A stretch of DNA of 64,000 nucleotides, taken from assembly GCF_052425735.1 (NCBI RefSeq), contig NC_135767.1, positions 20,150,001 to 20,214,000 on the forward strand, in the 5' to 3' direction. The position numbers and the translations under genes were made by a program. Below the pieces are notes generated by a model that was not told where the DNA came from, did no database searches, and was given only the letters and a program-made list of their open reading frames with translations. Below, in pieces: positions 1 to 14,000 of this stretch (position 1 is the stretch's first letter; the number at the start of each line of letters is the position of its first letter). This DNA comes from Oculina patagonica. Taxonomy: Eukaryota.

Positions 1-767
1 AAATTATAATTTGTCTTTTAAGTCAATTAACTATTCTTCACTGGTAACTCGGGATGAATATGATAGTTAATACAAAGTTTAGCGGACTTTATACGACTGG
101 TCGAGTAGGTGAAAGCAAAAGCAAGTGAAGCTTTGCTTTGCTTGATGTAAAACGCGGAAATTCTTATAAGTTCGAAGTGTTAATATCACTTCATTTCTAC
201 TGATGCCGAGAAAATATATAATCCTTTCTATCCAAATTTACCTTTCCACTTTCACATCAACTGATTTACCTCAGTTTCACCATGTCGTATAGGCTGCTAT
301 TATAGTTGATTTTGTTTGGTTTGCGTTCATTTAAGTTTTTCGGTTTGTGTACTCGACTGAAAACATTCAGGAAAGCCACTGTCATATCACAAATGGAAAA
401 AACAGTGAAAGAAGGCTAAAAGAAAAAAAAATATTGCAGGATGATCATTTTACTGAGGGCTTACAGACTTAAGATTAAGGGCAAGCAGACTGGGGGCTAA
501 TCGACTTGGGGGCTAAACAACCTGCATCCGTCTTAAACATTAATACTAGCAGGATATTAACTGCCGCATCAGACGTGTAATAGCAGGTTTTACTAGTGTC
601 AATGTCTGCTGTTATCAGTTAGGCCTAGCATTAATGTTTTTGTAAGCAAATTTAAGTTGATAATTTCCTAACAAAAATGTGCTTAAAATAAATCAAGAGA
701 AAATCCGTTGGAAAACAGATCAATTTTATTAAATTTTGTAAGTTACTCAGAACTCTCTGTACATGTA

Positions 768-942
768 CAGTTGAATCCCGATAACTCGAACCTTCAAGGG
801 AAATCGAAAAAGGTTCGAGATATCGGGAGTTCGAGTTATCGAGGGTAAAATTAGTAAGAAAATGGCCTGAAGGGGAATTGAAAAAGGTTCGAGTTAGCGG
901 GAGTTCGAGTTACTGAGGGTTCGAATTATCGGGATTCAACTG
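768..942. mobile_element. Tc1/mariner-pogo-type MITE
   Basis: TIR CAGTTGAATCCCGATAA; TA flanks. Confidence 0.85.
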
Positions 943-1310
943 TACATCGTTTAGTCCAGCTGTGCATGGTGTATTTTGGCATTTAAAGCATCCCTCCACA
1001 AATAACACATTTAATGAAATTCCGGATATCCATAAGTTTTGAGATCAGTCTGTTGTTTATGAACCATTTTACAATCAATGTCTTGGATCATGGGACAGTT
1101 ACATATATAACCTGAAATAAAAATTATTTCTGGCCTTTTTGACCTTGAATTCACCACTTCGCGAGTTGCACATTCAGGTGAATCCCTTAACAGAAGCCAC
1201 AATTCAGTGAGCTGTATATTACAGATCACAGGGCTAAATAAAAAGCCTGCCCAGTTATCTAGGACTGGTAGATTTCTCCTTTTGGACAAGTAACTTTTCA
1301 TGTTAACTTA

Positions 1311-1849
1311 GGGCCTGTTTACATGATTCCGGAATGACTTTCATTCCGGAACGAAACTCGTTCCGGAATGAAGTTCGTTCTGCATTTACATGACAGAGTC
1401 GATCGGTTCAACCAAAGGCATTTTCACGTGCGTGGTTTTCGCGCGAGGTCAAAACAAGATGGCGCATGTTTCGCGCAAACATGTTTTTGTGCCCATTAAT
1501 GGCCGTATCTGCAATTTTAACGAGTAATTTGACCATAGAGCTGCTTCTTTGGGCTAAACAGTAAATGCTATTACGTTTTTCGCTCTGAATTCAAACTGTG
1601 GAGTCCGTATGCGGTTTCGCGAGTTGCGGCTTCATCTCGGAACGAAATTCGTTCTGTGTTTACATGATACCAGAATGAAATGTCATTCCAGAACGAAACT
1701 TTCATTCCGGAATGAAAACCGGAATGAACTCATTCCGGAATGACTTGACTTTCGTCTCGGTATCATGTAAACAGATACAGAGAAATGTATGGGGATGGAA
1801 TGAACTCGTTCCGGAATGAAAGTCATTCCGGAATCATGTAAACAGGCCC
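1311..1849. mobile_element. PIF/Harbinger-type MITE
   Basis: TIR GGGCCTGTTTACATGATTCCGGAATGAC; TTA TSD; internal TTCCGGAATGA repeats. Confidence 0.85.
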
Positions 1850-1963
1850 TTACCTGATGGTCAAAAGCCCAGGCGTTTCATTTGCTGGTAAAGGTCTTAA
1901 CTCTGTGATGGAACTTCTACAGTGAAACATTTATTTTAATTGTTTGTTATGTTGTTTATCTAG

Positions 1964-2098
1964 TGTGAGCTTCAACATTGGGTGGATGTTATGGACAAAT
2001 TTGATGAAATCTTGGCAAGTGTTGCGAAGCCTGTGAATGGAAGCTGTTGGATTCTCACCTATGACAAGCTAGATGAACTTGAAGGACCTGACATAGCA
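1964..2098 (+). CDS. HUWE1: HUWE1 exon 1 (numbering within window)
   Basis: [17 protein letters not shown]...; AG/GT bounded. Confidence 0.92.
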
Positions 2099-5000
2099 GT
2101 AAGTACAGTCAATCATGTCTAGGAGTATTTCTACTCCAGGGAAGTAGCTAAGAAAACACTAAGCCAGCTCATCAACAAGCCCAGATGGCTTTTCTGGCTT
2201 TGGTAGCTCTAAAAGTTAACCTAAGTCGTTTTCATATGAAATTTCAGCCGGTTTAATTAGCCCGCAGCCGGCTCTTAGGGACATCCCTGCTTCTCCTTGG
2301 ATGTGGCGCCACTGGTCCATTGCAGGGTTACCTCCTGCATTAAATTAGCTGGTACCTATTTATACACCTGGGTGGAGAGAGAGACTACCGTAAAATTCCG
2401 GTTATAAGCCCCCCCGCTTATAAGCCCTCCCGGTTATAGGCCCATCTACCTGGAAACAAAAAAATACATCCGATTATAAGCCCCCCCCCCCCCCTCCCCC
2501 CCTCTACCAGATGGCAGTACTGAACAGGGCTAAATGTTGCTTTATTATGCGTTTTTAACATAAACAGTATTTTGATCAACACTCCTTTGGCTCATTTCGA
2601 AACGTTTATTTTATTCCACTTGTAAGCCCTCCCGGATATATAAGCCCCTCCGCTTATAAGCCCACCCAAAACCCCTTACGAAGTTGTATACGCCCAGGGC
2701 TTATAACCAGAATTCTACGGTATAAGAGTAAATTGTGTTACCCAAAAACACAATGCAGTGCCCCAGCCAGGTCTAGAACCTGGACTGCTCAATCCAGAGT
2801 CCAGCACACTAACCATAAGGCCACCGCACCTCCCAGCAGAGGTCCCTTGAGCAAAAAAGATTTGAGGGTGGGTAGAGACATCCATTATCAAAGGGGTCAT
2901 ACATGATTTGCCTAATGGATATGCTATTCACATAATTACATTATTTAGGAGTCTTAAAAGTCAGGTAAATGATAAATCTATTTTTTGCACACAGAGTGAA
3001 AAACGGTGTCTGGTTAACCATGTGTTGAGATTCACTGCTCTGGTGTTGGAACACTCATATACAAGACATCTGTACAGCTCCTCAGAGGTGGGTAAATTTT
3101 AAACAATTTCTTTCCCTTAGTCACCCCACTTCTAGGTGTACATGTACTCTCTGCCCTCTCACCCTTTCACTTCCCTTGATTTAACTTTCACTTCCCAGTT
3201 TTATACTTAATAAAATTGATAGGGTTTTTAAAACAAGTTGGCGACTGCCAGAGTTGTGCTAGCTACTTGATTCTATGTCACCAGTTACTCTGGTCATAGC
3301 AATCAGCTCGCTACAAACACGCTAGCCTTGTCACAGCCACCTTCTTTTCCAACGTTCTGACGCCTACTTCAAACCATTTTAAAACCCCTGAACTGGTACC
3401 TATAATTTGATTTGATAATGCTTTAATAAGTTGTTTTTGTATGGAGAACAAAGACACTGATAACTTTAGAACTTTTGGTCTCCACTCCTTTACTTATCTG
3501 GCAACAAAAGAATGGAACTCTCTACCTAACTTTATAAGGCTATGTAACTTATCTGACTTTAAAAGGCACATCTGCAAAGCCAATTCAATTAGTTAATATA
3601 AGTCAATTTTAAATATGTAAATAGTAATTTTTATTTTTATTTGTTGTTATCTATTTCGTTCTCGGAAATATTAGCTTGTTAAGCTACTCTAAATTCGAGT
3701 TTAAATAAAGTTTTATTATTATTATTATTTTATTGCAAGACTGGGTAAAATCTGAAGCAAAATGTTCCAACTCTGCCTGTCATCATGGATCTGACAGTAT
3801 TAGAGGAAAGGCTTGAGCTTATATTTTTAGTGATTGTTGATATATGATTACTAGTAATTATCAGTATTCACTTATTCTCTTGGTTTGTTTGCTTGTAGCA
3901 TCTGGTTTCACTGTTGGTAGCAAGTGACATGGAAGTTGTTCTGTCTGTTCTTGGAGTGCTCTATGTATTTAGGTATGTAAATAAGACTCAAAGGTAAAAG
4001 CATGAATGTGGCTTAACTTGAGTGAGAGTTACTTTTACACATTGAAGAAAATATATGTAATTTATTTTGTCCATTTCTCAGTACTAATTTAGAGGGAGAT
4101 TTTTATGGGAACTTGCCCTTCATTTTAAACCAAATGAATTTGTGGGAAAAGTGGCTAGTACCAAAGATTGGTTCCCATGAATAGTTTTTGTCAAAAATAG
4201 GTAATTCACATGAAGGGACTTGCTCCAGGAACTACATGTATTTGAAGAGACCTGTCTCTGTGTGTGCTGGTCTTTATAGATTTGATGTTACACTTAGCTT
4301 TCAAGTGTCTTTGTGCACTAAGTTAAGATGTAAAAAAGTCAATAATTATGATTGTTGTATGCAATCATATTATGTCATCAATCTTATTATAATGTTATCT
4401 ACAGCAAGAGATCAAGTTTTATACCACGGTTACCAGCTGAAAAGAGAAAAGCAATCCAGCAGCGTCTTCAGTGCTTAGGAGAGGCAAGTAGCACGTTGGA
4501 TAATATGGACATAGGGATGTGTTTAGAATTACTGCCAATTTTAAGATTCTTAACTATCTTGTAAACTGATTTAAATCTCATTAGACATGGGGAGGAAAGA
4601 ATGCAGGATTCAGTCTTGCTCACTGTTGCGAGGATTTACCTCTTAAGGTAAGTGAAACACATGGTGTACATTATAGCTTATACTTGGTAATGAAATACTA
4701 AATAACTAGTGGAAGCTCTTGAATCATTAAGGGGTGAATTGGATAAAATGAAGTGCCTACATCACAAGCGACATATGCTGTGACTACAACATGAATCGCA
4801 TTGTGTAAATCAACCTACCACATCCTTTTGACAGACATACGCACATGCAAATGGTCCTGTTGTAAGCTTGTTGCATGCAGAATAGACGTACCATGTAAAT
4901 TGGCCCTAACAGAGTTGGTGACATTTAGTCCTTGCATGTTTTCAAGGGGACTTGTTAAACATACTTTGTTTTTTCTCTCATTTAGGAGTTTCCAACCAGT

Positions 5001-8000
5001 TGTGCCGATGTTTACTTTGAGTACTACAATGAAAGTGCGAACACTACTTCACAGTCTGACACACAGGTAAGCAAATAGACTTTAATAGCAGTGCCTGATC
5101 CAGAGCTTAATATAAGCGGGGGGCCCGACCATCCAGACCCTGCAATAAGAGGGGGGCCCCCTCTAAAAATTAATTTTTCTCAGCCCTTTGGGCCTCTATT
5201 TGGCCTAAAAGTAGGGTGGGGGCCCGGACCCCTTCCCTTGATCTGCCAATGAATAGTAGTCCTCTATATAGTAAATAACTAGCTTACTGTAATTTTTATA
5301 CACATAAAGTGGTGACAATATTGCGTTATTTTAACTCTCTCAGCAGACACAGACACCAGGAAGCCAACTGTGTTCTGTACATGTCAAGCAACTTTACCAG
5401 GTACAGTGAACAGAAGACATGTCTCAGTTACTATTAGTTATCATGGTTATTGTTACAACTGATCAACAGCTATGTTCATGTTAACTGGTTGTCTTTTGTA
5501 TTTTTTTAAAATGTTCTGCCATAATTTCTTTCCTTTGCTAGTTTTCAGAGAATCCAGGAGAAGTTATGGAACAAGTGATGACCTGTTACAATGTGCCTAC
5601 CGATAAACAGGTAATAATGGTGATGATGATGATGATGGGAATTTACAGTGGCGTCATCCACATAGTGGCTCTATATTCCAGATTGTATTGGAATTTAGTA
5701 GTGTTGGTTTCTGTGTAGAGAGGAAAATTGGAGAACCCAGAGAAAAACCCTTGGAGTCAAGGACAAGAACCAACAACAAACTCAACCCACGTATGATGCC
5801 GGGTTGCTCTCACCACAGCACCATCCCTGCTCCCCTACATGACTTATGTACAAACTACTTAACAATTTAGTGACGTTATTGCTATACGAGCGCTGTAATT
5901 GTAATGCACTCTTGCTTGGATGGGTCACTGCACCCTCTTCAGGCTCCCAATACTTCTTAGCTCTCAGCATTTAAGTGCAAAGTAAACTGTGTTATTGCTT
6001 AAAGTGTTATTGTTGTTATTTTCAGGTGAATCTGTTCAGCAGAATACGATTGGCCAAGCACTTTCCTGTTTACGAGAAGAGATTACAGTGTATTCAGGCT
6101 CGACTGCAGGCTATCTCAGTATTGTGTAAGAAGTGTTTTGTGTACTGTATTTTCTCATTTAATTCCAAGTGTCAAGTAAATAAATTCAAATCTGTGGAAG
6201 GTATGATTGTTGGCTGGGGCCATTGCATTGTGTTCTTGGACAAGATGAGTTATCCCATCCAAGGTGACTGGGGTAGTGGGAATAATACTCAGGACCATGT
6301 ACTAAAAACAGAGATAAGCATTAGTCAGATTGCCTACTAAACTAGGCTTCAGTTGATGATTTTCTTTAATCCCATCACCTCTTAGCTGCTTGGATAGGTA
6401 TTGACAATGCAAGGATAAATTAGGTTTTGTTCACTTGTGAGAATTTATTTTAATTTAAAGTTTAAGCTTATTTTCAGAGTACTTAATGCAAGTTAATGTA
6501 TCTGCTTTGTGTTATTTCTTGTCACAGTATATTCAAACAGCACACAGGATGTTGTGAATCCACTGTTGTATCAGGGATTTATCGAGGAGACAGTAGAGTT
6601 GCTTGAACTCGATCAACCACAGTTCAGTGTAAGTTCACTCATACAACTACTATATACATATTACATGTATAATTTATTCTACTATGTACAATTTAAGCAA
6701 TTGGGGAAAAGAAGCCTGAAAAAAAAATCATCGCTAAATATTTTTAGGCTTCTTTACTCTAGCTTGCAAATACAGCCGCCTCTCATTCGCTCCTGCTACT
6801 ATGTGCAAAATGCGAAGTGAGACGTCTGCAATTTATAGCCATAAACTCTATACTGATGACATAAATCTGTCCAGAATCTGGACAGGAGCGCTGATTGGTC
6901 AGCTAGTTAATGTATGCGGCCTAAAAGTTGACCGGGGGAAGAATCGTGAAACTACACTGAAGCTGTACCTTAGAATTTCTATAATTTCTATAATTCATAT
7001 GTAATTGGGAAACAAAAAGAAACTGCTTTATAACCAGATGAACGACCTCAAAGATGTACAGAAAGGATGCGCCACTGTGGCCGTTAAGAATAGATCAATT
7101 TTGACACCTAACTTTTATTGTTGACATAAAGGCAGCTGGCAGAACGAACAAGCAACAAAAGTGTGAAATACAGATAACCTGAACCATCCTCAACCAAAGA
7201 ATGTGCTACAGAAAAACAGAATTTGACAAACAGCATGGAAAGAATTCGGAAGAATTGCTATGATCGTTGCAGTATACGTATTTATGGCCCAATTCCTCCG
7301 AGAGTTGCAAAACAATATCATCTAGTGATTTCACAGCTTATTTTTCCAAATCTTACTAATGTGCAACCCGTGTAGAATTCCTATTTTTCGCAATGAAGTT
7401 GTCTGGTGTAAATGACCCATAAACGTGTCCTTGACTGCCTTGAAAGTGTTTGTGATCAAGCAAGTAATGAGCAGCTGAAAACAAAAAATATAATTATGCA
7501 AGACCAACTGCGTGTGGTGTGGGAAAATCTTATTAGTGGTTAACGTCATCAGTATGGAATTTCTGGCCACGATCACAGACGTCTCTCTTCGCGTTTCGCA
7601 CGTAGTAGCAGGAGCGAATGAGAGGCAGCTGTATTGGCAGGCTATCTCTTCTCCAGTTGCTTAAATTACAGGGCTCACAGCAAGGACCATGTCTTTGCTT
7701 GTTTCTCACTGCTGTGCAAAATAATTTCATTTATTCTGTTATTACTTTTACAGGATATTAGAACAGCAGCCATTCGGACACTTACTGCTCTTGTGCACAT
7801 GGAGTGCAGTCCAAGGTACTTTGATCAAAGCAATCTTCAGTATTAGCAGAATAAGAGAGTCAGAAAGCACGCCAATATAAAGAAATCAAAAAAGCATCTA
7901 CAGTATCTTTCCCAAAAAATCATTGATTTTTGAATAAGTAAAAAACCATCACTTTGTGGTGTTGAAATATTACTCTCAGGTCACCTAACAAAATTGTGGC

Positions 8001-11000
8001 ATCCTACATGTATCTACCCCTGTATATTCATGTAATAATACTTACTCCTGAACTGGTTAATTCTACTGCATTGCCACTTGTTGTTGTTGTTGTTGTTGGC
8101 TTGTGAGGACGACGCAAGACTGCAAGTACAGTGTGAGACATTGATGGATTTTTGCTTTTGCCTGATTTTAGGGTGAACACTGTCATTGACTGTACAGGGT
8201 TAGCGTCTTATCATGGATTCCTTCCAACACTCACGAGAAATTGTATTCAAGCTCTCACAGGTGGAGCATAGTACTCTACAACCGCATATTTCTGACAAGC
8301 TTTTTTGTTTATGTTCGTATTGTAAATACATGTAGATGTTTGTAAGCAAGTCTGACTTTCCTTGGTTTTTGAGGCTCAAAGAACAATAATTTATGTTCTA
8401 ACTTTTTTTTCATTGAATTTTAGATCCATTGGCAGATTCCCTTCCACTGCCTTTTGCAACTGGCCTGTTTTCATTTCTCTACCACTTGGCTTATTATGAA
8501 ATTGGTAGGTACATGTACAATGAAAATATTGTACTACATTAGATACATCAGGTACTGGACTTTTTAAGGTCAGACAACTGTGCTATATTTCTATGTCATA
8601 CCTAAGGTCGGCAAACACAAGCGGACAAGTCCTTGTGACTATTTCCTGCGATTAGCCCCTTGAAGAGTTAACTCCTGTGTACTAGCTGCTGGAACTTGTC
8701 TTTTAATGCATTCTGACCTTAATTTTGAGGACAAGCGCTGGGAGTCCTATCAATTCAAACCAGTTTAAATTCGTCTGACAAGTTGCAGGGATCAATGTAC
8801 TGTTTTTTCCTGGGACTGAATTTTTTGTCGAAAATAGGTGGTTCACGTGAAGGGACTTGATGCAGGGACTAGCTAGGACTTGTCCCCTTGTGTGCTGACC
8901 TAAGAAGACTTGATAGTGAACTGTACAGTATTTGAACAATATGATCTTGTTTTTAAGCTGTAGTTTCTTGTTTGGTTTTTCCTAACCAGGTGCTGAAGCA
9001 CTTGTGTCTTGTGGTTTATTGGAAGCTCTTCTGAGAGTTGTTGAACATCAGGGAGGAGACAGTCATCTGACGGTAAGAAAATGCTGTTTGGTTTTAATTT
9101 TGATCTTATCTTCTGTGTTTCAGTGACAGCATTTTTTCCTTAGTTTATCTGAATGTTGACACATCAGATTCTGCTATTAATAATAGTTGTATTTTGCAAG
9201 TTGTCTTGTAATTCTTCTTGATGTGGTGTCTGTGTTTTGATCACCAGTTTGTGACAAGGGCCATTCGTATCATGGAGTGGATTGCGAACATGGATCTGTC
9301 TGGATATCAGAATCAGACTGGATTGACTGCTATTATCAACAGACTTGAGGTACATTGTACACAGTTTGCAATGCAAAATAATCTTTCATGTGAATTATCA
9401 CTTGCTAGTAAACTTGTTATGAAGACAAAGGCCAGAATGAAGCATGTAACGGATAAACTGAGGTTTTCAGTGATATGTGAACTGTGAAATTCAATCCTCA
9501 ACCAACAGTTTAAGCTTTTTGCTGTCGTCAATCATCTTAGCAGACCTTTTGGGAAACAGAAGTTCACTACTGGGTGAAAAGGTCACATTCGTCAGTTGTG
9601 ATTGGTAGATTTTGATCCATTTTGTTTGTTTCTGTTTTTCATGGTTTGTTGGCTGTTGCCATAATTATGATTGGCAGCATTGAAAAATGCAGTCATATAA
9701 GATAAATTTTGAACTGGATTTTGGAAGAGTTTCGCATATCACTGAAAACCAAAAAAAATCACAGTCACCTAGTGAATTGCATTATTCTTGCAGCAGATTA
9801 TTATGAAACATACCTAGCATTAAGCCAAGTGTGTGGCTTGTCCTGTGTGATATCATCAGGACTAATGTGGAGATAATTATATTCAGATAGTGCCAGTGCA
9901 CCTTACTTCATTTGTCATTATCTTTTGTTTGAATTTTCAGCAAGAAATTAAGAAATGCCAACCTCATCATGGAGCCATATTATCCCCAGACCTCCCCTCT
10001 GCTCCTTCCAACCAGCAAGATGGTGTTGCCATGGAAACAAGTGACAACCAGGGAGCCCAGCCTGATGCTCCTTCCCAGTCGAACCAGTCAGAAGAGGTTC
10101 CCATGGAAACTGAGCAACCTTATGTCAACAGCACAGGTGCCGAGGATAACAAAATGGAAGTGGACGAGCATGAAACAGGAAAAGAAAAGCCGCAGGTTGA
10201 GATGACAGTCGCTGGGCCAAGCTCCTCAGTGAGTCCTGTGAGCAAGAACCGGTGCTTGCCTCAACGAGCGGCTCTGATCAAAGCTGTTCTTAGCTTTTTA
10301 AAGAAGTCCATTCCAGATCCTTCCTTCTCAGAGAGCATAAGAAATGGTAAAGTTAGCTACTGTTATTTTGAGTGTGTTTTAAATGACAGGAGAAATGAAA
10401 AAATACTAATAAAAACTGAACTGTGTTTGTTTCAGTTATGGATAGCTCACTTCCAACCTCACTGAAGTACATAATCAGCAATGTTGAGTACTACGGTCCA
10501 GTCCTTTTCATGGCAGGTAAGTCTTAACGTTTCCAACAAACTTATGTGTATAATCTTGTGACTGGTGGGAGGTGCAGTGGCCTAAAGGTTAGTGCACTGA
10601 CCTCCAGATTGAGTTGTCCAGGTTCAAGCCCTAACCATGTCATTCTGTTGTTTTCTGGGGCAAAACACTGCACTCACCGTGCCTCTCTCTCCACCCAGGT
10701 GTATAAATGGGTACCAATGGATTTAATGTTGGGAGGGGCAACCCTGGGATGGACTAGCATCTCATCCAGGAGGGAGTTGAAATACTCCTACATGTAGTCC
10801 CTTCATGCTACAGAAACCGGACTACATGTTACCTCCGGGCTGATGGATCACTAGGCTCAGATGCAGACAACCTAATCTTGTGACTGTTAAATGATAATCA
10901 GTTTTTGAGATTTCTGACCTTCAGTCTTGGTTCCTTTCTCCATACAGCCATTGACGTGGTGACTGTGTATGTCTTTCATGAGCCATCTCTTCTCTCGTCA

Positions 11001-14000
11001 CTGCAAGACAACGGTTTGACTGCAGTTATGCTCAAAGCTTTGGTCGTCAAAGAGGTCAGTTCTGCACTACTTTTCGTGAAGCATATTTTTAAAGACTGAT
11101 TTGGCAGGAAGTATCAGCATATTAGGCTGCCAAAGGCGCCTGATATGCTAATGTCCGATCTTGTGCCGTATCTCTAACTGTGAAGCACATTGAGCTCTGT
11201 AAATGCGCAAAATAAGAACCATTATGATAATCATAATCATCAGGGTTTTCAAAACAAGCTGGCACCGGCCACCAAAGTTCCACCGGGCTACTTGATTTTA
11301 TGTAACTGGTTACTTTGGCCATAGCAATAAGGTTGTGAGAAACAAGCTCAGCTTGTCACAGTGGTCTACTCTTCCAGTTGCTGACGCCTACTTCAAAACA
11401 TTTTGAAATCCCTGCATTATTGATGTTTCATATACATGTATATTATGTTCTTTTTCTAGGTTCCAGCTACACGTGAAGTTCTCTCATCACTGCCCAGTGT
11501 GCTCAGTGCGTTGTGTTTGAATACTCGTGGACTCCAAGCGTTCATGAGTTGCAAGCCCTTTGACAAGCTGTTCAGAGTGCTGTTATCTCCAGATTACCTA
11601 CCAGCAATGAGGCGTAGAAGAACTTCAGAAAGCCTTGGTAGGATTACTAATAACATTTTCAATTTATTGTACATACTACATAGTGAGGTCTTCATGTACA
11701 CATTTTTTTGTGTCAACCACAAAGGGAATTCTCACAAGCTGATTTATTTGTTATTGAAAAGAGGTTGCATTGTCGGTATCTGCAGCTTCATATCTTATTG
11801 TGGGGTTGTTCGTAAAACCAATGCTATATTTACCAACCAGTAGTTTTGCATCGTTGGATCACTTGTTGTAAATTACAGGTGCATCCTGGACTAAGCTGGT
11901 ACATTTAGATTTTTCATTAAATATTGTACATTGTCATTATTTTAATCCTATACAGTCATGGATTGAAAAACACTTTTCAATCTGGGGATATTGTTCTGAC
12001 ATACACTGTACCTATACATGGGTAAACAGACAACTTTCCCTGTTTTCTTATGTCAAAGCCATATGTACAGAAGTCTGCATAGAGTATCTGATTTGTTGGA
12101 ATAAAGAAAGTTGAAGCATGACAACCAATCAGCAGCACTACACAAATCCTTATAGGAAATCCTTATAGGATTATAGTCCTGACCTGTCTTCTCAGAATTA
12201 ACATTAAGAAAATGCAGTGTTTAAGTAGAAATAAGTAAGAAGAATAGATTTCTTGAGTGTAGGACTGAAATAATTGATTTTTTTGTTGTAGGTGAAACTG
12301 CTTCCAACCTTGGCACTGCAATGGATGAGCTGATGAGACACCAACCCACTCTAAAGACAGATGCTATGACTGCTATAATTAAGGTAAATTTGTTACACAA
12401 CTTGGGTATCCATTTGTTCTAGTAACTTAGTATGATTTTGNNNNNNNNNNNNNNNNNNNNNNNNNNNNNNNNNNNNNNNNNNNNNNNNNNNNNNNNNNNN
12501 NNNNNNNNNNNNNNNNNNNNNNNNNNNNNNNNNNNNNNNNNNNNNNNNNNNNNNNNNNNNNNNNNNNNNNNNNNNNNNNNNNNNNNNNNNNNNNNNNNNN
12601 NNNNNNNNNNNNCCCTCTCCCATCCTCTCTTCTCCCCTCTCCTTTCGCCTCCCCTCCCCTCTCTTATCCACTCCTCCCCTTTTCTCTCCACTCCTAATTA
12701 CATGTTACAATAATTGTGATGGGCGACTCTTTCTTTCAGCTCTTGCAAGAGGTCTGTGCACTAGGCCGGGACCCCAAATACATTGGTTTCAAGATGGGTG
12801 CTAAACCTGACAGCAGTGAAGTAGACAGCGGCAGTGGATTGGGTCAGGGAACTGGGCGTGTGGCTCCAGTGTCTGAGGAACCAATGTCAGATGAGGAAGA
12901 GGACGATGAAGATAGATTCAGCTTTACCAGTACTACTAGCACTGCTAAGGTCGTCGCTGACAATGACAAGAACAAAGATAGCTCAAAGTATGATAGCTGC
13001 ACTTAAGAGCTTTTACCATGCTTTGTTGTTTAACATCATTAATTTTTATCAAGGGCAGAAGTGTAAGAAACACTGGAGAAATTTAGGATACTCTTGTTCA
13101 CTCTTATAGTAAAGCAAAAAAAAACACCTTTTGTAAACCTGTATGTTTTCTTAATAACCTTTAAAAGAGATTATTGATGTCTATTTATGCAATTCTTTTA
13201 TTTTAAAGGAATGCCGAAGAGGAGAAACGGACCTTCATTCCGCTCATGGATTATATCCTGAATGTGGTATGTGCAACATACCGGTAATCTGTTGACTATA
13301 CGTCTAACTGCACCACGCAACCACCATAAAACATTTATTTTGATAATCATTTTGTTTCATGGCTGTCAATAAGTTTTTAAGTAATGTTTAACAAACTCAC
13401 AGTTCATGCTTTATCAAGTCTAAAACACGAGGCTGCGCCTCGTATTTTAGACTTAATTAAGCACAAACTGCGAGTTTATTGAACAGCTTCAAAAACCTCT
13501 GATGAAGATCTTTTCATTCTTGCACTGATATTTAGATTTTGAGTAATTTTGGCCAAAAAAAATTGGACATAAAAATTTAGCCACGGGTGTCTTTATCAGA
13601 TATACAGATACAGTGCTTCAAGCTCAAGTTTTTCAGAAGTCGCACTTTGGCGACTTTCTTTTGTAAAATGGTCGCCACTAGAAAAATTTTGGTCGCCAAA
13701 AGCAAAAACATTTTAGAAGAAGACACTTCATGTCGCTTTACATAGAGTAATACTGCTGACCATGATGAGCCGAATAGAAATCGTTCGGAGAACGTTTCGA
13801 CGAGGTTATTTTCGCTTGCATTCCAAAGTTTTTTGGTTGATCTGTTCTAATTATCGTGCAGAATAGTAAATAAATGATAAGAGAAACAGGTAAGGAAGAT
13901 AAACATGCAAAACAAGTTTATTCTCGTGCAGTACAGTAAAATAATAGAAACATAAATGTGGTGTTCAAATTAATGGCGGCTCCACGATCAAAGACATCAA

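Larger units (their letters stand above)
2119..2835 (-). mobile_element. tRNA-derived SINE interrupted by two MITEs
   Basis: Reverse complement of the SINE family at 44712; split at 2137-2289 and 2388-2720. Confidence 0.75.

Noticed and set aside
1321-1840. CRISPR-like array (TTCCGGAATGA repeats)
   Set aside because: Irregular sub-terminal repeats of a MITE; no unique spacers or cas genes; eukaryotic intron.
12393-12713. ORFs across the N gap, or a hidden exon
   Set aside because: Artefacts of Ns; exons 20 and 21 join in phase with no missing HUWE1 residues.
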